Of a stretch of DNA of 28,344 nt, positions 1-8,257 are shown piece by piece. The stretch's first letter is position 1. Every line of letters starts with the position of its first letter. This stretch comes from an uncultured archaeon (GTDB taxonomy: Archaea; Asgardarchaeota; Hermodarchaeia; Hermodarchaeales; Hermodarchaeaceae), in NCBI GenBank assembly GCA_964347045.1, contig CAYFXC010000014.1, positions 27,901-56,244 on the forward strand, read 5' to 3'. Below the pieces are notes generated by a model. It was not told the DNA's origin, ran no database searches, and saw only the letters and a list, made by a program, of their open reading frames with translations. Made by a program: the position numbers and the translations under genes.

Positions 1-151
1 CATCGATATCGATCACTAACCTGACTACACGTTCAATCATTACATCGAATGGTCGAAAAGATGGAAAAGAGGGAGCAAGGGGAATATCTCTTTCAAACCG
101 CAACAGTTAAAAACAAACCAAATCTCGCCGCAATTGCAGAGGTGACCCTCA

Positions 152-826
152 ATGCGGGAACCACATCTGCACCGAGCTCTATTCATTATACTACTCTTGA
201 GTGGGTGGGCAATTGTCTACCCCGTTTATGCCCAAGATGGAAACTGGGTACCTGCCGGGGTAGATTATTTTTCAAATTTAGAAGCTCTGGGGGGTCATTC
301 TAATTGGACCTTCAATACTACTCGGGGACCCAATGAGCGGTGGGGCATAAATTTCACTATTAGTGGATTTGGCTTCTCTCCCACCACTTTAATCATCTGT
401 GATGAATCAATGTATCACCAAATGATACAAACAGGTTCAATGGACCAATGTCATTTTGTGAGCTCAATAAATCATAGTCTTCACACAACTGTTGACCTCC
501 CTCATAAAAGTCAGTGGTATCTTCTTATCAACAATACAGGCCCTGTTACTCTCTACTTCACAATACGACTTACCTATTATTATTGGGCAATGGACCCTTC
601 AACACCTTCTTCACCCCTTGAGAGTATAAGCCGCCTTTTTATTTTCTTCGTGATTATCCTGCTTCTCATTTTAATTGTCATTCCCTGTTTCTGTAGATTC
701 AGCTGTCTTGGATTCTTTAGACGCCGTACGAAAAAGCACTCACAAAATAAAGAGGTTCAAATTCAAACGACTATTGTTATCATGACGCAAGAGCAAATCG
801 AACAATACAATAATGATGAAGACTAA
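152..826 (+). CDS. Type I membrane protein with N-terminal signal peptide, beta-rich (GOLD/emp24-like?) ectodomain, C-terminal TM helix and Cys-rich/basic tail
   Basis: 224-aa ORF with GAGGTG upstream; hydrophobic N-terminus ending VYA-Q; segment TVDLPHKSQWYLLINNTG resembles GOLD-like strands; TM LFIFFVIILLLILIVIP followed by CFCRFSC and RRRTKK. The fold call is pattern-level only. Confidence 0.6.
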   Translation: MREPHLHRALFIILLLSGWAIVYPVYAQDGNWVPAGVDYFSNLEALGGHSNWTFNTTRGPNERWGINFTISGFGFSPTTLIICDESMYHQMIQTGSMDQCHFVSSINHSLHTTVDLPHKSQWYLLINNTGPVTLYFTIRLTYYYWAMDPSTPSSPLESISRLFIFFVIILLLILIVIPCFCRFSCLGFFRRRTKKHSQNKEVQIQTTIVIMTQEQIEQYNNDED

Positions 827-956
827 TACCACACGCTGGTTATACTGTTCCTTCTAATCAAGGAAGTAAAACGCAATAGACACCAATCGAGTTAAAAGCC
901 AACATAGAAAATAAATACTGAAGACAATACTGCCTCCTTAAGAGGAGAATTTGCTT

Positions 957-2063
957 ATGATTGACTCAAAACAGCGTCCTGTTTATATTTTCAAAGTACC
1001 AGTTGCAGGTGATGGTGCAGTTGGCAAAACAAGCATTATCGTTCGCTATACTCAGGGAACTTTTACTGATACGTATAAAATGACGATTGGCACCAGCTTT
1101 GCTGTGAAAACAGTTGACCTTGGTGATGTAATGGTCAAGTTACAGATCTGGGACCTGGCTGGGCAACCCCATTTTGGCGGCGTTCGACCACTCTTCTACC
1201 AAGGCTCAACAGGTGTAATCTATGTGTTTAGTGTAACTGACCGCGCTTCGTTTGACCATCTGGCGGGTTGGCTTGAGGAAGCACGGAAAAACGCTGGAAA
1301 CGTTCCCGGGATTCTGATTGGAAATAAATCTGATTTAGTTGATCAACGAGTTGTGAGCCGCGAGGAAGCTGAAACATTTGCTACCCAAATTGGAGTAAGA
1401 TATATTGAGACAAGCGCGAAAATGGATGAAAATGTTGGGGATGCATTCCAGCAAATCGCTGTCACTATTATGCAAACCAAATGGCCTGATTATGGAAAGG
1501 AGGAAGAGGTACCAGAACCTGCTGAACCGGTGGCTCCTGAAGATATACCTGAACCAGAACCTGCACTAGCTGACGAAGGTGAATTAACATCAGACAAGGC
1601 AACAGCTCCACCGGAAGTTTCACACACTGCTATAGAACCCGTAGAATCCGAGCCAGAGACTGAACCAATTCCTCCCATAATGGATGAGCCTGAACCTGTA
1701 GTTGAGGTGTTACCAGAACCGGAACCAGAACCAATCGTTGTTGAACCGGAAATAATTGAACCAGTTGAACCACCACCAGTTACTGAACCTGAATCAATAT
1801 CTCCCCCTTCAACTGACGAATCGAAATTAGTTCCCGAAGACATTGTAGTTGAAGTCAAATCTGAATCCCTCTTAGTTGAATTCGTAGGCGTTGATCCTCA
1901 CAGATTATCAGATGATGATTTTGAGAAAAGATCTGTACACGCCATGCAACGGTTGGGTGTTAGTGAAGTTGGCGTGTTAGGTACATTTCTTCGTAGCCTG
2001 ATTCGTCAAGGTCAACGAGATGTCGTCATTGAGAGTCTGGAGAGTATCCAAGAGGAACGATAA
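957..2063 (+). CDS. Rab-like small GTPase (Ras superfamily) with long acidic Pro/Glu-rich linker and small C-terminal helical domain
   Basis: G1 GDGAVGKT, G2 YKMTIG, G3 WDLAGQ, G4 NKSD, G5 ETSAK, and the RabF2 motif KLQIW. ATG at 957 is preferred over TTG at 951 given GAGGAG at 942-947. Confidence 0.93.
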   Translation: MIDSKQRPVYIFKVPVAGDGAVGKTSIIVRYTQGTFTDTYKMTIGTSFAVKTVDLGDVMVKLQIWDLAGQPHFGGVRPLFYQGSTGVIYVFSVTDRASFDHLAGWLEEARKNAGNVPGILIGNKSDLVDQRVVSREEAETFATQIGVRYIETSAKMDENVGDAFQQIAVTIMQTKWPDYGKEEEVPEPAEPVAPEDIPEPEPALADEGELTSDKATAPPEVSHTAIEPVESEPETEPIPPIMDEPEPVVEVLPEPEPEPIVVEPEIIEPVEPPPVTEPESISPPSTDESKLVPEDIVVEVKSESLLVEFVGVDPHRLSDDDFEKRSVHAMQRLGVSEVGVLGTFLRSLIRQGQRDVVIESLESIQEER

Positions 2064-2069
2064 CCAGTT

Positions 2070-2480
2070 CTATCGTCCTTGTTGTCGAGCAGCCATCCAC
2101 GCAATGAATAGTAATTGAGCGACGATAATCATTATCGGGTAGGTGATGGGATCCCAGTATCCTGTGTCCGCTGTCACAAGTATCAGCCCGACTTCATCTA
2201 CAGCTAGTCCAAGTCCTAGACCCAAAAAGAAACCGCCAAAGACTTTAGCGCGTCGACTTTCCCAATATAATCCAATGAAACCACCAAATGTCATGAGGAT
2301 CAGTCCCCACAATATATGATGGTAATGATAAATGCCGGTTTCAATTCCAATCCCTGGAGCAATTACGACAGTGATAAGACGTGAACCAATAATCGATAAA
2401 CAGTACCAAATAAGGGCGATCCCAGTAATTTGAGCGATTGATGCGGTTTTCAATCGTTCGCTAACTTTGCTTCTGCTCAT
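2070..2480 (-). CDS. Small integral membrane protein (about 4 TM) with HxHH and GLAVDE motifs, function unknown
   Basis: 136-aa ATG ORF with four hydrophobic segments and HYHHILWG...GLGLAVDEVGL; convergent on the GTPase gene. Confidence 0.75.
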   Translation of the reverse strand: MSRSKVSERLKTASIAQITGIALIWYCLSIIGSRLITVVIAPGIGIETGIYHYHHILWGLILMTFGGFIGLYWESRRAKVFGGFFLGLGLGLAVDEVGLILVTADTGYWDPITYPIMIIVAQLLFIAWMAARQQGR

Positions 2481-2720
2481 AGTTTAACGCACCTTAGATA
2501 GGCTTGGCGTTACTGTTGTTGGGTTCTCCAATATATAGCTTAGCTTCAAAGGCTTCTGTGATTTCTTCATTCGAGTCTGTCACACAGTAGAATTAATCAG
2601 CATATCCTAATTGTTGGTACAATTAATTTCAGTTATTGAAATCAAGTTGTCTGCATCTTTTTGCCCGAGAAATTGTAGATTATACTATCCAAAATTAAAT
2701 TGGGATGATTCAGAGTTTTT

Positions 2721-2767
2721 TTAAAAAAGGAGAAAGGTGGAGAAGAAGCCTTAGGGCAATCTTCTCC
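2721..2767 (-). terminator. Hairpin plus pyrimidine/U tract downstream of the 2805-4169 gene
   Basis: Minus strand reads GGAGAAGA-TT-GCC-CTAA-GGC-T-TCTTCTCC (2767-2739), followed by ACCTTTCTCCTTTTTT. Confidence 0.55.
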
Positions 2768-2804
2768 CCTAACAAGTGAAAAGCCACAATAGCGACTTTA
2801 GGTT

Positions 2805-4169
2805 CTATGTTTTTCGTCGTCGGATAATGATTCCAACTCCGAGAGCTAGAACGAGAGCAATTGCTATCGCACCAATGGGGAATCCTGGAATCATAGGCGT
2901 GGTAATTGCTGCTACCTCGACGCTTTCCACGTTACTGTAGGCACTATAGTAATTTCGGTCATCTAATGCTCGAACGCGGAAGTAGTATTCACCTGGTGCT
3001 AAGGTCATTGTGTAACTAAGAGAGGTTGTATTGTAGGTATAGAGAATATCAGTGAATCCGCTTGCGTTGCTAACTTCAATGAAGTAGCGCTGAATATAGC
3101 CGTTGGTGATGGCTGCAGCGCTCCATTGAAGGTCAAATGGGGTAAATGTGGTTACACCTGGATCAGTAAGAGTTGGTGCTGAGGCACTGTCTGGAGTGAT
3201 ACCAAGTCCCCATAGGATGGCTTGTCGGACGAATCGTTGACCATCAAGAGGAACACCATAGTATTCTTGGGTATTCATAGGTTGGTAGTCACCAAAGGGT
3301 GAAGCACCACTTACGAGGATTTTATTGGTACCATAAAAGCCAGCATTAATTTCCGCAGCCGCCATCACAATGTTGTCGATTTGCCCATCATTGTGGGCAA
3401 TAGCGGTGATGAGGGGGTTGTTCTCTACAATAATACCTAGATCACTGGTTTGAATAACGTTGAAAACATTGTGCATTGTGTTATTATGGAGAGGTATGTA
3501 GGTTGCCAGCGTATAGTTCCAACCATAGACGGGGGCCGGACCGTGAAATAGGACGCCCTCGCCTGGTGTACCTGCAGCAACACCGGCAACAATAGCGGCA
3601 ATCTCGGTGGCTGTTCCTGTTTCATTGGCCACAACACGATAGCCGTCACCCGCGTTTTGAACGGGGTCTTCAACGGCACAAAGATCCACACGAAGATGAC
3701 TTCCAATGGTTTCAAGAATCATGCTCATGTTTCCGTTTATCCATTCATTTCCATCGTAATCGGAGTCGCCAGATACCCAAATGAATTTGTTCCCTGAGCT
3801 GTTATACCAGTCAAAGATTGTATCATAAATAACAGGTGCGCCAGTTGAGTTAAACGCTTCTTCTCCAAGGCTTCCATAGGGGCTACCCAATATTAGAGCG
3901 TCAGCACCTACGAGACTCGCTGGAGTCAGAGTGTCAACAACGCGTACCGTATGCGAGCCAGGGAAATTCTGAATCCAGTCTGTGAGGTTATCAAGTTGTT
4001 TCGAGCCCACCCCCCATCCGGTTACAAATACGATAACCTTTGAGGGAGGTTGTGCAGCAATAGAGTAGTAGTTGTACACTGAAGTCGTTTGCAATAACGG
4101 AAGGAAGGAGAGTAAAAGTCCAGTCACTAGAATGGCTCCAAATAATTTTCTATTCAAGTAAATTTCCAC
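2805..4169 (-). CDS. Cell-surface protein: signal peptide, alpha/beta domain (WVSGDSDY motif), fibronectin type III module, IPGFP-type C-terminal sorting signal
   Basis: GTG start; hydrophobic N-terminus; FN3 pattern LQWS...Y.IEVS...YYFRVRALD...YSN; C-terminus IPGFPIGAIAIALVLALGVGIIIRRRKT. Confidence 0.8.
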   Translation of the reverse strand: MEIYLNRKLFGAILVTGLLLSFLPLLQTTSVYNYYSIAAQPPSKVIVFVTGWGVGSKQLDNLTDWIQNFPGSHTVRVVDTLTPASLVGADALILGSPYGSLGEEAFNSTGAPVIYDTIFDWYNSSGNKFIWVSGDSDYDGNEWINGNMSMILETIGSHLRVDLCAVEDPVQNAGDGYRVVANETGTATEIAAIVAGVAAGTPGEGVLFHGPAPVYGWNYTLATYIPLHNNTMHNVFNVIQTSDLGIIVENNPLITAIAHNDGQIDNIVMAAAEINAGFYGTNKILVSGASPFGDYQPMNTQEYYGVPLDGQRFVRQAILWGLGITPDSASAPTLTDPGVTTFTPFDLQWSAAAITNGYIQRYFIEVSNASGFTDILYTYNTTSLSYTMTLAPGEYYFRVRALDDRNYYSAYSNVESVEVAAITTPMIPGFPIGAIAIALVLALGVGIIIRRRKT

Positions 4170-4337
4170 CTCGGTTGATTAACCGATAGTGGCTCTTTTT
4201 ACAAAATTCTTGCTTAAATGATTTCCTATCCTGAACAAAGCAGTCAAAGTATATGTCTGGTTTTGAAATAATAAAATGACTTATTAGAAAAATGACAATA
4301 TACTTTAACATCTTCCAAACAGGAATTCGTCTGGATA

Positions 4338-6512
4338 TTGGTTAAAATGATACATCAACGATTTTCTTACCGTGGCTCACTTTTCCTTTTTACCTGCTTG
4401 TTATTATCAACTCTAGTATTACCTTTTTCTTACTCGATGAATTTGAGTTCTGAAACACCTTCGATTAAAGCAGCCTCCATGAGTATAGGAGCAAGGCTTA
4501 ACTCGCCAGTTCTAGGAAGACCAACCTTCGTTTTAGAGGGTGCGCAATTTGAAGTAAAAATTCACGGTCCTGGAAATATTGTTGATTGGAGTTTTTCACT
4601 TTTCAGAGAATATCGGAGTTATGATCTTAGTTATGGTGTACCTATTTTTGATTCAGAAACTAGTGAATACACAATCAGTGTTGATGTAGCACCGGGGACT
4701 GCTGTTGATCTTTATGATTTACATGTCACGGTTTCAGATGGAATCGAAGAACAGGTTCTTGAAGAAGCTAATGCGGTTCAGGTACTTGAGACGTATCCGA
4801 CAAATCTTAAAGTCTTTCACATTACTGATACCCATATCTCCACGGGCTGGGACTCACGCGCTGAACGATTATTGTACAGTCTTCTACAAGCCCAGATGTA
4901 TGATTCTGATGTAGTTCTAATCACAGCGGATTTAACCGATGGTCCCTTTGACTCAGCGAGCGCTTTTCACTTATTCAAAGATATTATTAGGCATAGTCGA
5001 GTTCCTGTATTAGTTGCACCTGGAAATCATGATCGAGACTCCGCCGGTGATACCTATGCCGAATATATCCATCAATTTGGCACAGATTATTTCACGACAA
5101 ATATTGGACCTGATATTTTCATAATCTCCTCCAATACTCATAATAGCCCGTACCATTTCAATTCAACCCAGCTAGACTGGATTGAAGCTGATTTAGCAGC
5201 CAGCACAGCGCAAATAAAAATTCTCATGCATCATGCACCACTCTATTATGTGGATAGCGATGATTATTTCATTCCTGAATCAGAAGCGATTCGACTCCAG
5301 CAACTCACCAATACCTACGGAGTAAAACTAGTTGTCACGGGTCACCTACATAACGATCGAGCTGACATGCTCGGAGATACTTTGTGGATCATTACTGCAC
5401 CGAATGGTGGACCCCCATGGTCATGGGCGCAGCCTGGGCATGGACGGAATGCGTTCCGAATTATTCGGTTTCAAGGCTCACAGCCAGTATATTGGAATTG
5501 GACAGTAGATTCTGATGGAATTGCGTTGTCACAACCCTGGGATGAATTGGCACTAAATCGTATTCCCAAATTTATGTACCAACCAGATACAGGAGGATAT
5601 CTTTACATGAGAAATAACCTCAATTATTCCCTCACTGGGCTAATAATCGATTTCATTGTAAATCCTCCAGCAGACTCTGGACAATATGTGATTCATAATG
5701 CAACTCTTTTGGAGAAGGTTGAGGGACCAGATGCCTGGCTTCTTCGTCTCTCAGTGAACCTAGTTAATGGTACCTCTACTGAGATTGTATTATACCCTGA
5801 TAATGTCCAACCGCCTACTTTCAATGACGTTTGGAGTGATGAACCCGGTCTTATGCTAAGCGGAATGAGTTTCTTTGCAAACATGAGTACAGAATACGGC
5901 GGCATGAAATACTTACAGGTTAACATGTCGTTTAACGAGGGAAATTATTCCGTGCACAACATGGCCCGCATCTCAAATACGATATTCAGGTATGTTGAGA
6001 TTTTCTATGAAAATGGTTCTGGTGACTTTCAAGTATTTGCCTTTGATTATGCAGGGAATAATAGTACATCACCGTTCGTTGATTTCATCGTAACAGAGCG
6101 TCCCACAACGCCTTTCCTAAATGATTTACCGCATAACACAACCACAGGGAATTTCTTGGTAACATGGACTGAGAGTACAGATCCAGATGGGTCTGTACAG
6201 CGGTATGACATCCAATTGAGTAATGATCAAGATTTCACGATTATACTTCAGGAATGGAATACAACAGAGCTACAATATAATGTCACATTGTATGAATCTG
6301 ACCATTACTTCCTTCGAGTCAGAGCGATTGACAATTTCGGTGGACCCAGCCACTGGAGTAACGTTGAAGACATTTTCGTAATTTTACCAACGATTCCACC
6401 ACTTCCTATTGGACCTATTCTAGTGATTGCGGCAGCTGCAATTATCATCATTTTCGTTGGCGGTGTAGTGTTCTTCTTGTGGCGTCGAAGATTATCTTCC
6501 TCAGACATTTAG
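4338..6512 (+). CDS. Membrane-anchored extracellular calcineurin-like metallophosphoesterase with C-terminal FN3 module and TM anchor
   Basis: Motifs ITDTH, ADLTD (GDxxD variant), GNHD, MHH, GHLH; signal peptide; FN3 VTWT...RYDIQLS...YFLRVRAID...WSN; TM followed by WRRR. The start may be the ATG at 4347. Confidence 0.88.
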   Translation: MVKMIHQRFSYRGSLFLFTCLLLSTLVLPFSYSMNLSSETPSIKAASMSIGARLNSPVLGRPTFVLEGAQFEVKIHGPGNIVDWSFSLFREYRSYDLSYGVPIFDSETSEYTISVDVAPGTAVDLYDLHVTVSDGIEEQVLEEANAVQVLETYPTNLKVFHITDTHISTGWDSRAERLLYSLLQAQMYDSDVVLITADLTDGPFDSASAFHLFKDIIRHSRVPVLVAPGNHDRDSAGDTYAEYIHQFGTDYFTTNIGPDIFIISSNTHNSPYHFNSTQLDWIEADLAASTAQIKILMHHAPLYYVDSDDYFIPESEAIRLQQLTNTYGVKLVVTGHLHNDRADMLGDTLWIITAPNGGPPWSWAQPGHGRNAFRIIRFQGSQPVYWNWTVDSDGIALSQPWDELALNRIPKFMYQPDTGGYLYMRNNLNYSLTGLIIDFIVNPPADSGQYVIHNATLLEKVEGPDAWLLRLSVNLVNGTSTEIVLYPDNVQPPTFNDVWSDEPGLMLSGMSFFANMSTEYGGMKYLQVNMSFNEGNYSVHNMARISNTIFRYVEIFYENGSGDFQVFAFDYAGNNSTSPFVDFIVTERPTTPFLNDLPHNTTTGNFLVTWTESTDPDGSVQRYDIQLSNDQDFTIILQEWNTTELQYNVTLYESDHYFLRVRAIDNFGGPSHWSNVEDIFVILPTIPPLPIGPILVIAAAAIIIIFVGGVVFFLWRRRLSSSDI

Positions 6513-6702
6513 CCTGATTATTTGATCTCATTTCTATACACTTTCGCATTTGAACATTGAATAGACTCTTCCAGTCCTAACGCAGCTCAATCAATACCTT
6601 AAAAGTGGTTATATAGGCATCAAAATTTGATTTGAGTAAGGGTCTCATGATAGAAAAGGCTAAAGATATCTTAATAGTCACTTTACGAGAAAAGGTGTTT
6701 AT

Positions 6703-7932
6703 ATGGAAACGAAGTGGTCAGATTTCGGTTTCATGGGGAGTCTGCTCTTGGTCCTCTATGGTCTATTCTCGCTCTTGATCTTTTTTACGCCTCCTTCCTT
6801 TTATGGACCAATTGCTCCATTTATTTCCGGAGCTATGGCAGTTTTTGGCATGGTCACCGGGATATGTTTCAGCCTTGGGTTCTATGGTCTAAGAATTGAA
6901 CTAGACGCTCCGGGTTCATGGTCTACTTTTTTTACAATTATCTGGACAATGGGGGCTTGGTTTTTTACAGGTGTTAGTCAAATTGTAATGGCACTCGGCT
7001 ATGTTATTGGTTTGGTTTATTGGTTCTTTTCGATCTATGGAATCATGCTAATGTTTCTCATTTGGGGTATGTTCTATTTTTCGTTACGAAAACAACTTGG
7101 AGGGCGGGGACGATTTGCCTTCGGTGCCTCGGTGCTTTTTTTAATTAATGGTTTGGCTTGGATGAGTTTTATGGGATTTGGGATCCTTGCTCTAGCCGCA
7201 TTTCTCTGTCTGTTTATTTTCACCCCTGCTACAAAATTCTCAATTTTCTCCCCAATTGTTCGATTCTTTTCCCCGAAACGCACTGCCACTTTTCGCAATT
7301 GGGGTTCATTTTTCCTAATTATCTATTCATTTCTGGGAATCAAATGGCTGATTAATGGCTTTTATCCTATTCCTGTAGTAGCTGTGGCTGTTGTTAACAT
7401 CTTCAGTCTTGTCTTTGGTTGTTTAGCTGCCATTGGTATAGTCCTTGTTCTTCGAACTTTTGAAAAGAAGTATGAAAACAACTACATCTGGTATGCTCAA
7501 CTTGTTTGGCTTCCTGGGTTCCTACTTCTAATACTGGCGGATTTACAATGGCTCATGAGCAACTTCTCTGTATTCATTGACCTTTCTTGGGGTTTCATAC
7601 TATATGAGACACTTATTTTCTATTTGTGGTGGAGTTCAATTCCACTAACGATATTTTCATTCCTCGCAGCCCTTGGGTTCATACAAATTTATCGTCTACC
7701 TGAGCATCGTGGAGAAATACTTCTTCTTTTTGTGCATTTAGCGATTCTTTTTACTGGGATCCTTTGGTTGACTATCGCTATCTCCATCTCAGGTTTATTA
7801 CCCATTGCACTATGGCTCTTATACTTCTTGGGTCTCGATCTCCTTGATCTTTTTAGTCTTGGATACATTGGCTTTATCTTCACAGGATTCTTTCTCTGGA
7901 GACACTGGGTTCGTGAATCTAAAAAGGAATAA
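6703..7932 (+). CDS. Multi-pass integral membrane protein (about 11-12 TM), function unknown
   Basis: 409-aa ORF that is almost entirely hydrophobic helices; AGGTG upstream; no recognisable motif. Confidence 0.75.
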   Translation: METKWSDFGFMGSLLLVLYGLFSLLIFFTPPSFYGPIAPFISGAMAVFGMVTGICFSLGFYGLRIELDAPGSWSTFFTIIWTMGAWFFTGVSQIVMALGYVIGLVYWFFSIYGIMLMFLIWGMFYFSLRKQLGGRGRFAFGASVLFLINGLAWMSFMGFGILALAAFLCLFIFTPATKFSIFSPIVRFFSPKRTATFRNWGSFFLIIYSFLGIKWLINGFYPIPVVAVAVVNIFSLVFGCLAAIGIVLVLRTFEKKYENNYIWYAQLVWLPGFLLLILADLQWLMSNFSVFIDLSWGFILYETLIFYLWWSSIPLTIFSFLAALGFIQIYRLPEHRGEILLLFVHLAILFTGILWLTIAISISGLLPIALWLLYFLGLDLLDLFSLGYIGFIFTGFFLWRHWVRESKKE

Positions 7933-8158
7933 CATCGAGTTTGAAGCAGATTATAATACGTGGGTAATTGGACGGTAATCTCCCTCTTCCTAGTCTCAAA
8001 TTGTAATTTGTTTATTCATTTATCTCGAGTTTGTTGAAACCCGGTAAAATTTATGTCAATGTAACATGTGGAATCTTGAGTTTATTAAAACAAATGAATT
8101 ATTTTTTTTAGGTTATTTTTGACATTCGACTCCAAGAATTTCTTCTCTTCTCCTTATT

Positions 8159-8175
8159 CGCAAAGGTTAAAAGTA
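8159..8175 (+). promoter_or_regulatory. Putative archaeal BRE/TATA promoter of the ABC operon
   Basis: CGCAAAGG-TTAAAAG about 85-95 nt upstream of ATG 8258; a short hairpin (8203-8232) follows in the predicted leader. Confidence 0.35.
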
Positions 8176-8257
8176 TTAATCAATGTGGGGAAGTCGGAAC
8201 ATAACGCCTCGTTGATTTACGCTTGGGGCGTTGAATAATTTGTAAGAGTCGAAATTT

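Noticed and set aside
49-303. 84-aa ORF overlapping the 152-826 gene
   Set aside because: It overlaps a better-supported gene that has an RBS and signal peptide, and it has no recognisable features.
1500-1800. Recurring GAACC(A/T/G) short repeats as a possible CRISPR or tandem array
   Set aside because: They are irregular codon-level repeats encoding Glu-Pro, with no constant repeat-spacer period.
1490-1858. Gly/Ser-rich 122-aa ORF on the minus strand
   Set aside because: It is the antisense shadow of the GAACC-rich Pro/Glu linker of the GTPase and has no independent support.
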